Part shown: piece after piece, positions 17,927 to 28,116 of the stretch
Layout of the letters: each line of letters begins with the position of its first letter
How positions within the stretch are numbered: position 1 is the first letter of the stretch
NCBI GenBank assembly: GCA_963977015.1
Contig: CAXBMO010000001.1
Span: 512,001-576,000 of the forward strand
From: an uncultured bacterium
Lineage (GTDB): Bacteria > Verrucomicrobiota > Verrucomicrobiia > Verrucomicrobiales > DEV007
Length of the DNA: 64,000 nucleotides
Reading direction: 5' to 3'
Notes under the pieces: generated by a model
What the model saw: the letters and a program-made list of their open reading frames with translations, nothing else
Told to the model about the DNA's origin: nothing
The model's database searches: none
Made by a program: the position numbers and the translations under genes

Positions 17927-18703
17927 ATGAATATCGAAGGCATCCTCATCGACCTCGACGGCGTGCTCTACGTCGGCGACCAGGCGATTCCTGGAGCGGA
18001 CGAAGCTCTGGCACAGATTCGCGACGCGGGGATCAAAATGCGCTTTCTCACCAATACCACCACTCGCACTGCCGCCTCCGTGATCGAGAAACTCGAACGG
18101 CTGGGGTTCGAGATCGCTTCGGAGGAAGTTTTCACGGCGGTAACCGCCACCAGGCTCTTTCTGCAATTCCAAGCCAAACCTGCCACGATTCATCTTTTGG
18201 TTCGCGATTCGGTTCGGCCGGAATTTGAGGCTTTTCCCCAGGACCAAACCCCGGCGGATTTCGTGATCGTGGGCGACATCGGTGCCGCATGGAGCTATGA
18301 ACTGATGAACGACGCCTTCCGGCACCTCCTGGCTGGCGCTGAGCTGATTGCGATGCACAAGAACCGCTTCTTTCAGGACGAAACGGGTCTGACACTCGAC
18401 ATTGGAGCCTTCGTTGCCGGGCTCGAATACGCCTCGGGTCATGAGGCGCGAATCATTGGCAAACCTTCGGCCCAGTTCTTTGGGTTGGCGCTCGATTCGC
18501 TGGCATTGCCCGCAGACAAGGTGGCTATGTTAGGCGACGATATTGAAACCGACATCGGCGGTGGCCAAGCGGCGGGATTGACCGGAATTCTCGTCAAGAC
18601 CGGGAAATATCGCGAGGAATACGTCGCCGAAAGCGGAATCCAGCCAGACTCCACGATCGAATCCATCGCCGAGTTGCCCACCTTGCTTTCCCAAAATGGA
18701 TAG
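17927..18703 (+). CDS. HAD-IIA hydrolase (TIGR01458 / LHPP-HDHD2-like)
   Basis: DLDGVLY, LTNTT, IGKPS, GDDIETDIGG, VKTGKY. Confidence 0.92.
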   Translation: MNIEGILIDLDGVLYVGDQAIPGADEALAQIRDAGIKMRFLTNTTTRTAASVIEKLERLGFEIASEEVFTAVTATRLFLQFQAKPATIHLLVRDSVRPEFEAFPQDQTPADFVIVGDIGAAWSYELMNDAFRHLLAGAELIAMHKNRFFQDETGLTLDIGAFVAGLEYASGHEARIIGKPSAQFFGLALDSLALPADKVAMLGDDIETDIGGGQAAGLTGILVKTGKYREEYVAESGIQPDSTIESIAELPTLLSQNG

Positions 18704-18811
18704 TCTATCGAACCCGGCGCAAGCACGGCACCCTGCGAAGAGCAATGGTCCGTTGCCGTTCGTGAGCGCTTCGGGGGTGGCCACGTGCGTGAGCCTGACT
18801 CACGAACCCTC

Positions 18812-19483
18812 TTAAGCCTGGTCTTCGGGACTGCCGCCCTCTTCCTTCACGATTTCATCCATCGGCTTGTCGAGGTCTTCGACCCATTCGCCTTTCTGCA
18901 TTCTTCGCATGGCGCGGATCTTGCGCGAATAGGACTTGGAGCAACTCTGAATTCCCGCAGCGGAGAATTGAACGCGTGAAGTGCTACTTCTTTCGATGCT
19001 CATTTGCGAGGCCGTGGCGATGGCATCCTGATTGGCACCCAGGAAAAGGAACTCCCAATCGTGATTCTCCCGGCAATCCCGAATTTTCGCGGAGATCTTT
19101 TTCCAGTCGAAATCAATGGAGCTGTTTTCGTAACCATCGGTGAAAATGGCGACGACCACTTTGGCCGGGGACAGACCAATCGGTTGATCCTTGAGCTGTT
19201 TTTGCAGTTGATCGATGGTGCGGCCCACGGCATCCAGCAAAGCGGTTGAACCGCGCGCCGTGTAGGTGTTGGCATCCAGGTCGGGCACCTCTTTGATGGG
19301 AAGGTTCTCGTAAGGCACTTCATATTGATCATCGAACAAGACGAGAGTCAGGCTGGCGTCATCTCCTTCCGCCTTTTGTTCGCGGACGAATTCATTGAAG
19401 CTGGCGATGGCGCTTTCGGCAAGGTGTTGCATGGATCCGGAACGATCCAGGACGTAGGCGATCTGGGTTTGTTGGTTTTTCAT
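18812..19483 (-). CDS. Stand-alone von Willebrand factor A domain protein
   Basis: MIDAS motif LDRSGSM, TALLDA, FTDGYENSS, WEFLFLGANQDA. Confidence 0.88.
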   Translation of the reverse strand: MKNQQTQIAYVLDRSGSMQHLAESAIASFNEFVREQKAEGDDASLTLVLFDDQYEVPYENLPIKEVPDLDANTYTARGSTALLDAVGRTIDQLQKQLKDQPIGLSPAKVVVAIFTDGYENSSIDFDWKKISAKIRDCRENHDWEFLFLGANQDAIATASQMSIERSSTSRVQFSAAGIQSCSKSYSRKIRAMRRMQKGEWVEDLDKPMDEIVKEEGGSPEDQA

Positions 19484-19870
19484 GGTGATTGCTGTTTTGG
19501 GGTTTGAGGAGGTTTGAAATGCGGTTGAGTTCGTGCCCACCTGATGGGGAAGCGATGCCCGAAGGCGCCTCATGGAAAAAGGCAAAACTCCTTTGATCAG
19601 CCAGACTGGCAAACCCGCCACATTACAGACCGCTGAGACCACGACGCTGCCGCCGGTCTCGCGGTTATCCTAAAAGTAGACGCGCTCGTGGGATAAATCT
19701 TCAATCAGCTTGGCCCATGGTGAGAGGCTTGGTCACTGCAACCCGGTTGCCAGGAGCCATGGCGAGTCGCTTCCAGCGCCCTGCGGGCTGGAGTCGATCT
19801 CTGCAAGAATTGAAGCAATGGAGGCGGAGAGGAGAGCTGAGCAAACCTTCGCGCCTTGGTTTGATCGCTT

Positions 19871-21187
19871 CTATTGTTGAACGGCAGCGCCCTTCTTTTC
19901 CGCCACATGCGCCTCCAATGCCTGCTGAAAACGCTCCCGAATTGGGCCGGAAGTATGCCCCATTTTCGGTTCATTGATCATGCGCTTCGGTCCGGGCAAC
20001 GCGTTGAATGCGGCGTAAACACTGGTCGGAGGACAGGTGCGGTCGATGAAGCCAACGCTCAAAATCGCGTCAGCCTTGCAGCGCGTGGCGAAGTTTACGG
20101 CGTCGATGTATCGACTCGCTTCGAGCGCCGCAGGCTCCGGTTGGCCGTTCTCAAGCAGGGGCACGATCTTTGGCCAACCGCTGATCCGGTTCGCTTTCAT
20201 CCCGCTGTGGTCGCAACCCGCCGGAACGCCGGACGCGATGAACGTCACCCGTTCGTCAACGCCGCCTGCGGCCAGTGCCTGAAGTCCGCCTTGACTGTGG
20301 CCCACCACCGCCATGACCGTGCCGTCCCATTCCGGCCGTGAGGTGAGGAAATCGATCGCGCGAATCAGCCTGACAATCATCCCACGGAAATAGATGCTGT
20401 CCCGGCTCTCGCGACCGTCGTGACGATAAGTTCTCAACGCGCCAGCCGCCAATTCCTTGTAGAACTCAGCAGATTGGCCATTGGGAATGCCGTGCGCATT
20501 GATATCCATTGAGAGAAACCCCATCCGTGCGCCATGGGTCGCGGTCGGCAAGCTTGAACTCCTCACGCCAGCTCCGTGGACCCAAAGAACGGCGGGGAGC
20601 GATTTCGGCGCCGCATCTCGTGGTTTCGCAAAGTAGCCCGAAACCGGAGGACCGTCCGTTTCGCATTGAATGTTGATATCGACCGCCTCGATCCCGTGAT
20701 CGGCGTCCGGGAGCACGACCGGTTCGGCCGTGAACGTTGCCGGCGATTTCGCCAGCTGGGCTTTTTGCGCGAGCCAGAATTCATCGAAATCCTCGGGAAC
20801 GGGTAGGCTCATCGGAATTTTGGTTGGCGAGACTCCTGCGCCCCCGTAGGCCGTGACCTTCTTTTCGTCCGGCCCCTCAAAAGTTGCCTTTACCAGGAGG
20901 AAGCCGGGTTGATTCAGTTTCCCTTTCACGACCACATACTTCTCGCCGTCCAGACTGCGCTCGCCTTGATCCAACGTTTCGTGCCCATCGAGGCTCAATG
21001 TCCAATGGATCTTGCCCCAATCGAGTTGTTTCTCACCGTCACGCGCCGTAATCGTGAAGGTGATCTCATCATTCTCACGATACAGGGCATCCTTTCGATC
21101 GGTTGAGACTTGAACGGTGATGGAGGCGAAGCAATTCGCGACTCCGCAGATGAAGGCGATGAACGTAAGAAGGGGACTTTTTTTCAT
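19871..21187 (-). CDS. Secreted acetylxylan esterase / cephalosporin-C deacetylase family (CE7-like)
   Basis: Signal peptide, VPEDFDEFW, GHSQGG nucleophile, D..CPPTSVYA, MGH. Confidence 0.88.
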   Translation of the reverse strand: MKKSPLLTFIAFICGVANCFASITVQVSTDRKDALYRENDEITFTITARDGEKQLDWGKIHWTLSLDGHETLDQGERSLDGEKYVVVKGKLNQPGFLLVKATFEGPDEKKVTAYGGAGVSPTKIPMSLPVPEDFDEFWLAQKAQLAKSPATFTAEPVVLPDADHGIEAVDINIQCETDGPPVSGYFAKPRDAAPKSLPAVLWVHGAGVRSSSLPTATHGARMGFLSMDINAHGIPNGQSAEFYKELAAGALRTYRHDGRESRDSIYFRGMIVRLIRAIDFLTSRPEWDGTVMAVVGHSQGGLQALAAGGVDERVTFIASGVPAGCDHSGMKANRISGWPKIVPLLENGQPEPAALEASRYIDAVNFATRCKADAILSVGFIDRTCPPTSVYAAFNALPGPKRMINEPKMGHTSGPIRERFQQALEAHVAEKKGAAVQQ

Positions 21188-21312
21188 GGAAAGACAGGGG
21201 CGATTTTTCGTGACACTACACTTCTGGAAGGACAGTTCACGCGGAATCCAGGGGCCATTCTTTAATCCCTCTTTCACCTTTTCAACACCTCTCAAGCTGC
21301 AATACTGGATTC

Positions 21313-22482
21313 ATGAATGCTACGTCCCTCACGTGTGCCGTTTTGCTTACGGTTGGCGCCTTCGGAGTCAAAGCCCAGAACACCAACCAACCTGCCGATC
21401 CCGCTCATCCTCCGATGCAGCTTTACTACATAGAGGACGAACAAGCCCAGATGCCGGTGTTCGCCATCCGTGGCCCTGTCGGTTGGAACCTCGAATCCCA
21501 GGTCCAGTGGAACTTCAACAACAACGTTGTGCCATGCATCGCCGGAGCGGCGCTTACTGATCCGCAGGAAACGAAGCGGTTGCAGTTCTTTCCCGAGCTC
21601 ACCTGCTATTGGCTCACCGGCGACGCCGCCCTCAACAGGCCCGGCCAGATGAACATGGGCATGCTCAATGTCGCGCCAATGGAGCCGAAGACCGCCCTTG
21701 TTGAAGCCGTCACCAAAATCTATCAACCCAACGTTCCGGGATTCAGGATCACCGGCGTCCGAATTGTTCCCGGCCTCCCCGCGATACTCGGCCAGGCCGG
21801 TCCCAATGTCACCGGCATCGGACTGCGTGCGGAATTCCCTTGGGAAGGCAAACAGATGGAGGAAGAAATTTACGCTCTCCACGCCATCGGGTCGGCCACC
21901 ATGCGCGGCGAGGCCGGAGTCACCACCCAGACCACCTGGGGACTCACCAGCGTCCACGCATTCATCACCGAGGCCGGAAAAATGGACCAAAGCCGCAGCA
22001 TGTTCACCTACATGGTCCGCTCCGGCACCGCGAATCCCGCCTGGGTCCAACTACACCAAAACGTTAAGCAACAGCTGGATCAGCAATTCCGCCAGAACCT
22101 CATCGACAACCGTCGCGCCCGCGAAGCGATCATGGCGCAGAGTCGCGCTCTCGCCGCCCGCAACGAAGCCTTCCGCGCCAACATCATGGAGCGCCACCGC
22201 GCAGCGATGGACACCACCGCCCACAAGAGCTTCATCGCCGGTATCCACGGCGGCGGGTCCTCCTCATCCGGCGGCATGTCGTCCCATGAGAAATATATCG
22301 ACGCCATCCACGATCGCGAGACGTTCCACGACTCCTCGACCGTCACAGGCACCTCCCAACACGGTTACGCCGATCACCATTGGTCAGATGGCTGGGGGAA
22401 CTATATCCACACCGACAATCCCAACGTCGACCCGAACATCGGTTCCTCCGTCCAGTGGCAGCAGTTGACGCCGGTGCAATAG
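21313..22482 (+). CDS. Secreted hypothetical protein
   Basis: Signal peptide, coiled-coil middle region, aromatic C-terminal module; 389-aa ORF with GC-rich third positions. Confidence 0.7.
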   Translation: MNATSLTCAVLLTVGAFGVKAQNTNQPADPAHPPMQLYYIEDEQAQMPVFAIRGPVGWNLESQVQWNFNNNVVPCIAGAALTDPQETKRLQFFPELTCYWLTGDAALNRPGQMNMGMLNVAPMEPKTALVEAVTKIYQPNVPGFRITGVRIVPGLPAILGQAGPNVTGIGLRAEFPWEGKQMEEEIYALHAIGSATMRGEAGVTTQTTWGLTSVHAFITEAGKMDQSRSMFTYMVRSGTANPAWVQLHQNVKQQLDQQFRQNLIDNRRAREAIMAQSRALAARNEAFRANIMERHRAAMDTTAHKSFIAGIHGGGSSSSGGMSSHEKYIDAIHDRETFHDSSTVTGTSQHGYADHHWSDGWGNYIHTDNPNVDPNIGSSVQWQQLTPVQ

Positions 22483-22530
22483 AAAACGCCCCCACTTACC
22501 ATGTCGCAATCGGGAGGGGCAAAAAACCCT

Positions 22531-23394
22531 TCAGAAGGGCGAAGTCAGGATGCAGAAGACCGGTTCGTGATCCGAGGGGTATCGACCGTCCTTCCCCCGA
22601 TAGCGGTCGATGCCGGCGCTGAGGATGGTCCAATGATCGGAGCACAAGACCCAGTCGATGCGCGCGTTGCCCGGTCTCAGTCCAAAGCCGGTGAAGGTGA
22701 TTTCGTTGGGTAAATCTTGGTTCGGGTTCGCCGTCCTGAAGGTGTCTTGATAGCCCTCGTTCGGATCCGTCAGCGTGGTGTAAGGGGCGCTACCTTCGCC
22801 GCAGTTGAAGTCTCCCGTGATCACGACGGGAGTCTCACCGGCGATGGTCGCCAGTTGGCTGCGAATAAGCTTTGCCGATTCGGCGCGGGCGACGGAGCCC
22901 TTGTGATCGAAATGCGTGTTGGCGTAAAGAAGCTGTTTGCCGCTCGCCTTGGATCGCAACTTCACCCAGCTGGCGATTCGCGGGAGGCTGGAATCCCAAC
23001 TGATCGAACCGACTTCGTCTGGTTTCTCGCTCAACCAGAACGTTCCCTCGTCGACGTTCTCGAACCGATCGCGACGAAAAAAAATCGCGCAGCTTTCCCC
23101 GCCGGGGCCCGGTGTTCTCGAAACGGAATAGACCGCGTATTCCGGCAGCTTCTCGGCCAGGTATTCGACCTGGAAGTCGATCGCTTCCTGGAGCCCCAAC
23201 AGGTCGGGTGCACGCTGTTGAATCGTCTCGATCACGATATCACGGCGATGCGGCCATGCGTTGTCCCCGTCTTTCGCCGTTCCATAGCGGATGTTGAACG
23301 ACATCACGGAAATCTCTTCAAAATTGACATTGGCAGCAAACGCATTCGTTAGGGCTGACAGGCACAGGGTGAGGGAGAGCAGGAGGGATTTCAT
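22531..23394 (-). CDS. Secreted endonuclease/exonuclease/phosphatase (EEP) family protein
   Basis: MSFNIRY, GLQEA, NTHFDH, GDFN, RIDW, PSDH. Confidence 0.92.
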   Translation of the reverse strand: MKSLLLSLTLCLSALTNAFAANVNFEEISVMSFNIRYGTAKDGDNAWPHRRDIVIETIQQRAPDLLGLQEAIDFQVEYLAEKLPEYAVYSVSRTPGPGGESCAIFFRRDRFENVDEGTFWLSEKPDEVGSISWDSSLPRIASWVKLRSKASGKQLLYANTHFDHKGSVARAESAKLIRSQLATIAGETPVVITGDFNCGEGSAPYTTLTDPNEGYQDTFRTANPNQDLPNEITFTGFGLRPGNARIDWVLCSDHWTILSAGIDRYRGKDGRYPSDHEPVFCILTSPF

Positions 23395-23460
23395 GAGAGG
23401 CAAAGAAAATGGGAGAAAGGGACGAGGCAAAGTGGGGAACGCTTTGTCGAGAAGAACGCG

Positions 23461-24375
23461 TCAACGCCATTCCAGAGAACGCTTCTCGCCGTGTTGGGGA
23501 TGATCCGGGTTGAGCGCGACGAGTTCGAAGTGTCCCCCGGTCGTTGAAAAGGTCGCGCGGACCCAGCCGTTGGGACGGGAGTCGTCAAAGACGTAGGCGG
23601 TTGGCGGGAGATTGACGTGGTGGATGCCGTCCTTGCCGGTTGAAGTTTCCCAGCGGTGGCTGTGCCCGTAGACGTAGGCCTTGGCGGCTTTTCGTGGTGC
23701 GAGGGTTTGAAGCAGATCCTCGGTGTCGATCAGTCCGGTGATCCGGGGAGGTTTCTCGTCTGGCGCGGAACTCTTGGTCACTGGTTGGGGGTAGTGGTGG
23801 CCGACGAGGAGGGACGGCTTGCCGGGATTGCGATCGAGGTGCGCAGCGATCCAGGAAATTTGCTCGGCGCCGATTTCCCCTTCGACCTTGTTCACGAATC
23901 GGAGCGAGTCGAGCAGGACGAGATTCACGGCCGGAGTTTCGATGATGGTGCAGTGCTTGCCATCTACCGGTGAGTCGCTGACCTGGGTGAGCGTTTTGGA
24001 GAGAACGTCGCGGTCGTCGTGGTTGCCGAGCGTCAGGTGAATGGGGAGCCCGGCCTCGCGAAGGGGCTCGAGTATTCCAAACAAGGTCTCGTAGTCACCC
24101 GGTTGGCCGTTGTTGTAGGCGCAATCGCCATCGATCACCACGCCGGAAAGCGTGTCCTTTTCCGCGACGACCTGCTCGACAACTTTGGCGAGGTTGCCCG
24201 CCATGTTCGCTCCACGGGCCTCGTGCTTCGCATCCGCGGCAATATGGGTGTCGGCCAGGAGCGCCCAGGTTTCCGAGGCGTCGGGACTCGACGCACGAGC
24301 GGCAGGGGTGAGCAGGAGGGCCGAGGTGCCTTGGAAAAATCGGCGGCGGGAAAGGTTGTCGAGGTGAAAGGGCAT
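23461..24375 (-). CDS. Tat-exported calcineurin-like metallophosphoesterase (CpdA/Icc-like)
   Basis: SRRRFF Tat motif, ADTH, GD, LGNHD, GHH, YGHSH. Confidence 0.9.
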   Translation of the reverse strand: MPFHLDNLSRRRFFQGTSALLLTPAARASSPDASETWALLADTHIAADAKHEARGANMAGNLAKVVEQVVAEKDTLSGVVIDGDCAYNNGQPGDYETLFGILEPLREAGLPIHLTLGNHDDRDVLSKTLTQVSDSPVDGKHCTIIETPAVNLVLLDSLRFVNKVEGEIGAEQISWIAAHLDRNPGKPSLLVGHHYPQPVTKSSAPDEKPPRITGLIDTEDLLQTLAPRKAAKAYVYGHSHRWETSTGKDGIHHVNLPPTAYVFDDSRPNGWVRATFSTTGGHFELVALNPDHPQHGEKRSLEWR

Positions 24376-24582
24376 GAGAGGCAGGCTGTGTTGCTGTTAT
24401 TGATTCGTGAAGGCCGCAGTGGGCCTCCGTCGCGTTCGTTGCCTATCTCACGGCCCGGTGGAGGCGCGACTATCAGGCTTTCGCTCCTGCCGAAGCCAAG
24501 TAGGAGACGGTGGGTTTGTTCCTCGGAAACGGTTTCCGGTCTTGTTGTCTGGGGAGATTTCGGCATTCTATGCGGTTCACCC

Positions 24583-25449
24583 ATGTTTAGGAACCCCCTG
24601 GAAACCGATCGCCTGTTGCTTCTCGTCCTTCGGCTGGGAACGTTTCTATGCTTCGCGGGCTGGACCTGGGTGCATTTTTATTGGCAGGGACCGTACGGCG
24701 TTCTCCTATGGCAGGAAGCGACCTTCTCGCTGGCCGAGCGCTGGGGCGTCAGTTGGGAGGAGTTCGTCGGCACCGGAGCCAATGACGGGCTCGTGCAGCA
24801 ATGGAGCGGACGAATTGGTTGGCTCTATCTCTTCAGTTGCATTCTCTCTTTCACGGTTCGCCGCACGTCACGTTGGCAGATGGCCGGTCTCTTGGGTGGC
24901 GCGGGGTTGCTCGCGATTCTCGCTTACGCCAAGTTCGTCTCGGCTCAGCGCCAGTTGCCGATGTTGGTCGAACATGGCGGGCAGGTCCTGATGCCAGTCC
25001 TGCTGGTCGTGGGATTGGTCTTCGGTGTGCGGCATCGGGTTACGATCCTTCTTGCGGTGATCGCGCTGATCCTGACCTTCGCGGGCCATGGCGCCTACGC
25101 ACTGGGGTGGCCTTGGCCGACCCCGGCAAATTTTTCCGGGATGACACGGGTGATTCTCGGCGTCGATGCGGGAACGGCGAAGACGCTTCTCGTGGTCGCG
25201 GGGATTCTCGATCTCGTGGTCTGTGTCGGCATTCTCGTTCCCGCCATGCGTCGACCTTGCGCTTTTTATGCCGCGACGTGGGGCCTTTTGACGGCCCTCG
25301 CCCGACCGGTGGCGGGTATGTCGCTGGATCTGAATTACTGGGGAAGCGACCAATACCTGCACGAAGCCGTGCTCCGGGCACCCCATTACCTGATCCCCCT
25401 CTACTTGTTTCTGGTCTGGCGAAAGTCCGAACCGGAAGGGACTGGTTAA
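24583..25449 (+). CDS. Hypothetical integral membrane protein
   Basis: About 7 hydrophobic segments; TFAGHG.YALG and TALARP motifs. Confidence 0.65.
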   Translation: MFRNPLETDRLLLLVLRLGTFLCFAGWTWVHFYWQGPYGVLLWQEATFSLAERWGVSWEEFVGTGANDGLVQQWSGRIGWLYLFSCILSFTVRRTSRWQMAGLLGGAGLLAILAYAKFVSAQRQLPMLVEHGGQVLMPVLLVVGLVFGVRHRVTILLAVIALILTFAGHGAYALGWPWPTPANFSGMTRVILGVDAGTAKTLLVVAGILDLVVCVGILVPAMRRPCAFYAATWGLLTALARPVAGMSLDLNYWGSDQYLHEAVLRAPHYLIPLYLFLVWRKSEPEGTG

Positions 25450-25507
25450 ATCTTTTGAGTGACAGATTCGCAACCCTGCGATAGTACAGATTCCCCTCGA
25501 AAAACCC

Positions 25508-27370
25508 ATGAAACTCCCACGATTTTTCTCGATCTGCTGTGCGGCTCTCATCGCTGCCGGAACCGTTTACGCCCAGCAACCGGACAAAGGTAACGCCAAG
25601 GAAACCCCAAAGAAAAAGAGACGCGCGGTGCTCGCCATTCCCGAGGTCGAGGCGAAAGACCAGATTTGCTTTGCGCTCTACACCGTGCACGATCAGACCC
25701 TGAAGCTGACCGCCCAGCTCTACCCGATCCCCGACGGTGCGCCGCGGGAGGTTCGTTTGGAAATCGAGAAGGACGGCGAATGGAGTGAAGTCGCGAAAAC
25801 CGAAGTGATCGAAAAAGGCTGGACGGCGCCGTTCCGGGTCGATGACTGGGATGATTCCCAGGCTTCCAAGTATCGCGTCGCTCACGGGACCGAAGCATTC
25901 TACGAGGGAACGATTCGCAAGAACCCGGTGGACCAGGAGGAGATCGTCGTGGCGGGCTATACTGGGAACTCCATCCATCCGGCGCACGGCGGCGACATCT
26001 CCCGGCAGGATTTGATCGACAACGTGAAGCGGGTCGATGCCGACGTGCTGTTTTTCTCCGGCGACCAGGTTTACGATCATCACCGGCACTACGCGGCGTG
26101 GTTGAAGTTCGGTCGGGATTTCGGCGAAATCATCAAGGATCGTCCCACGGTTTGCCTGCCGGATGATCACGACGCCGGTCAGCCCAACTTGTGGGGCGAG
26201 AGCGGCAAGGTATCGACGCTTCCGGGCGCTGCGGATGGCGGCTACATTCAGCCCGGCGAATACGTGCAGGAGGTCGAACGCGCCCAAACGAGCCATTTGC
26301 CCGACCCGGTTGATCCTGAGAAAATCGGGCAGGGGATTGGCGTGTATTTCACCAATCTGAACTGGGGCGGCATCGACTTCGCCGTCCTCGAGGATCGCAA
26401 GTTCAAGACCGGTCCGGCCGGTCGCGTTCCCAAGCAGGGGCCGCGTCCTGACCATATCCGAAATCCCGAATACGATCCCGCCAGCGTTGATGTCGAGGGA
26501 GCAATTCTCCTCGGCGAACGCCAGCTGGCATTCCTCGATGAGTGGACTCAGGACTGGAGCGATGCGGAGATGAAGATGGCGCTCTCCGCGACGATTTTCT
26601 GTGGCGGCGCTCACATCCACGGGAATGCCGATGGCCGGCTCCACGCCGACATGGATTCCAACGGCTGGCCGCAGACGGGCAGAAACCGGGCGCTCGCTGC
26701 GCTGCGGAAGGGATTCGCCTTTCACTATGCTGGAGACCAGCACCTCGCCACGATCTTTCACCACGGCATCGACGAGCATCGCGACGCGATCTGGTCGTTC
26801 TGCGTGCCGTCCATCGCCAATCTCTACCTTCGTTGGTGGGAACCGCTCGAGCCCGGTGCCAACCGCGAGGACGGGGCGCCCGCATACACTGGCGATCATC
26901 TCGATGGATTCGCCAACAAGGTGACCAACTATGCCGCGGCCAACCCGGAGAAAAAGCCGGCGGGGAACCTGCTCAACACCCGGGCCGCAGGCTGGGGACT
27001 GGTGCGGCTCAACAAGGAGACTCGCGAGATCACGATGGAGTGCTGGCCGCGCAACGTCGATATTACCGATCCTTCCGCCGAGCAGTATCCCGGTTGGCCA
27101 CTGACGATTTCGCAGTTCGACAACTACAATCCTCCGTCTTGGGGAAAACTCGGTGAGCTGACTTTCGACGTTGAGGATCCGGTGGTGCAGCTGGCCGATG
27201 CCGACAGCGGCGAGATCCTCTACACGGTCCGCGTCAACGGGAAGTCCTTCACCCCCGGCGCGCCGGAAGGAAAGACGTTTGTCGTCAAAGCCGGGGTGGA
27301 TGCTCCCGACACCGTCGTTTCAAAGGGAATCAAAACGGGGAGCGAGCCGATCTCGGTCACTTTGAACTAA
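25508..27370 (+). CDS. PhoD-like alkaline phosphatase / metallophosphoesterase
   Basis: Signal peptide, FSGDQVY, PDDHD, LEDRKFK, LGERQ..FL..W, DSNGWP, GDQH. Confidence 0.8.
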   Translation: MKLPRFFSICCAALIAAGTVYAQQPDKGNAKETPKKKRRAVLAIPEVEAKDQICFALYTVHDQTLKLTAQLYPIPDGAPREVRLEIEKDGEWSEVAKTEVIEKGWTAPFRVDDWDDSQASKYRVAHGTEAFYEGTIRKNPVDQEEIVVAGYTGNSIHPAHGGDISRQDLIDNVKRVDADVLFFSGDQVYDHHRHYAAWLKFGRDFGEIIKDRPTVCLPDDHDAGQPNLWGESGKVSTLPGAADGGYIQPGEYVQEVERAQTSHLPDPVDPEKIGQGIGVYFTNLNWGGIDFAVLEDRKFKTGPAGRVPKQGPRPDHIRNPEYDPASVDVEGAILLGERQLAFLDEWTQDWSDAEMKMALSATIFCGGAHIHGNADGRLHADMDSNGWPQTGRNRALAALRKGFAFHYAGDQHLATIFHHGIDEHRDAIWSFCVPSIANLYLRWWEPLEPGANREDGAPAYTGDHLDGFANKVTNYAAANPEKKPAGNLLNTRAAGWGLVRLNKETREITMECWPRNVDITDPSAEQYPGWPLTISQFDNYNPPSWGKLGELTFDVEDPVVQLADADSGEILYTVRVNGKSFTPGAPEGKTFVVKAGVDAPDTVVSKGIKTGSEPISVTLN

Positions 27371-27552
27371 CCGGACCAGAGCGCGGATCAGGCGAGCGGT
27401 GAGGCGGCGCCGGGCATCCCTTCGGCATTGGCTCGCGCCATGTTGTGGCCATGACCCGGCGCACTCCGAACATCCCCCGCGAAAGAAGCTGGCTGCGCAG
27501 CTTTACCAGGAAGATCGAGAAAGATTTTCGATCGATGGGAAGATAAGACTTG

Positions 27553-28116
27553 ATGGATGATAAGGACAACTCTCACCTTTCCAGCGAAGACTTCGCAGTT
27601 CTGTATTCGCAGACGCATCTTAGCTTGCTGCGCTATGTGATGACGCTGATTCCAAATCGGGCGCAGGCGGAGGATGTGGTTCAGGAAACGGCGCGGGCCC
27701 TCTGGAAAAAATCCTCAGAATATGATCCGGAACTACCTTTCTGGCCGTGGGCGAAAAAATTCGCTTACTTCGAAGTGTTGCGGCACCGGAAACGACAGGC
27801 GATTCGGGGAAAATACTTCTTTTCTGATGAGCTAATCGAGACTTTGGCCGAAGAACGGGACCACGCGGAACCGGTGCTGGAAGAACAGCGGGCCATTCTC
27901 TCGCAGTGCCTCGAAAAACTGGATGGCCGGGCCCGGGAATTGATTGTGCAACGATACAGCCGCGAACGAACCTTGGACGAAATTGCTCGCGAACAGAATC
28001 GATCGGCAAATTCGCTCTATCTCATGATGCACCGGATTCGCAAAAAACTGATCGAGTGCGTCAATCGCGCCCTCCATGCGAGTGAATGGGAAACCAAATT
28101 CCCAAAACCATCATGA
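27553..28116 (+). CDS. ECF sigma-70 factor, Rhodopirellula/Verrucomicrobium type (TIGR02989-like)
   Basis: AEDVVQET...LWKK, F..WA...A, FSDEL, L..CLEKL, RIR..L..CV. Confidence 0.9.
   Translation: MDDKDNSHLSSEDFAVLYSQTHLSLLRYVMTLIPNRAQAEDVVQETARALWKKSSEYDPELPFWPWAKKFAYFEVLRHRKRQAIRGKYFFSDELIETLAEERDHAEPVLEEQRAILSQCLEKLDGRARELIVQRYSRERTLDEIAREQNRSANSLYLMMHRIRKKLIECVNRALHASEWETKFPKPS

Noticed and set aside
19560-19620. c-di-GMP-I riboswitch suggested by GGCAAA motifs
   Set aside because: The motifs are on the strand opposite to the downstream gene and the GNRA/receptor stems are absent
25040-26899. 619-aa antisense ORF, and similar long shadows such as 43000-44568 and 59199-60569
   Set aside because: They lie antisense to well-supported genes; expected artefacts of high-GC codon usage, with no motifs
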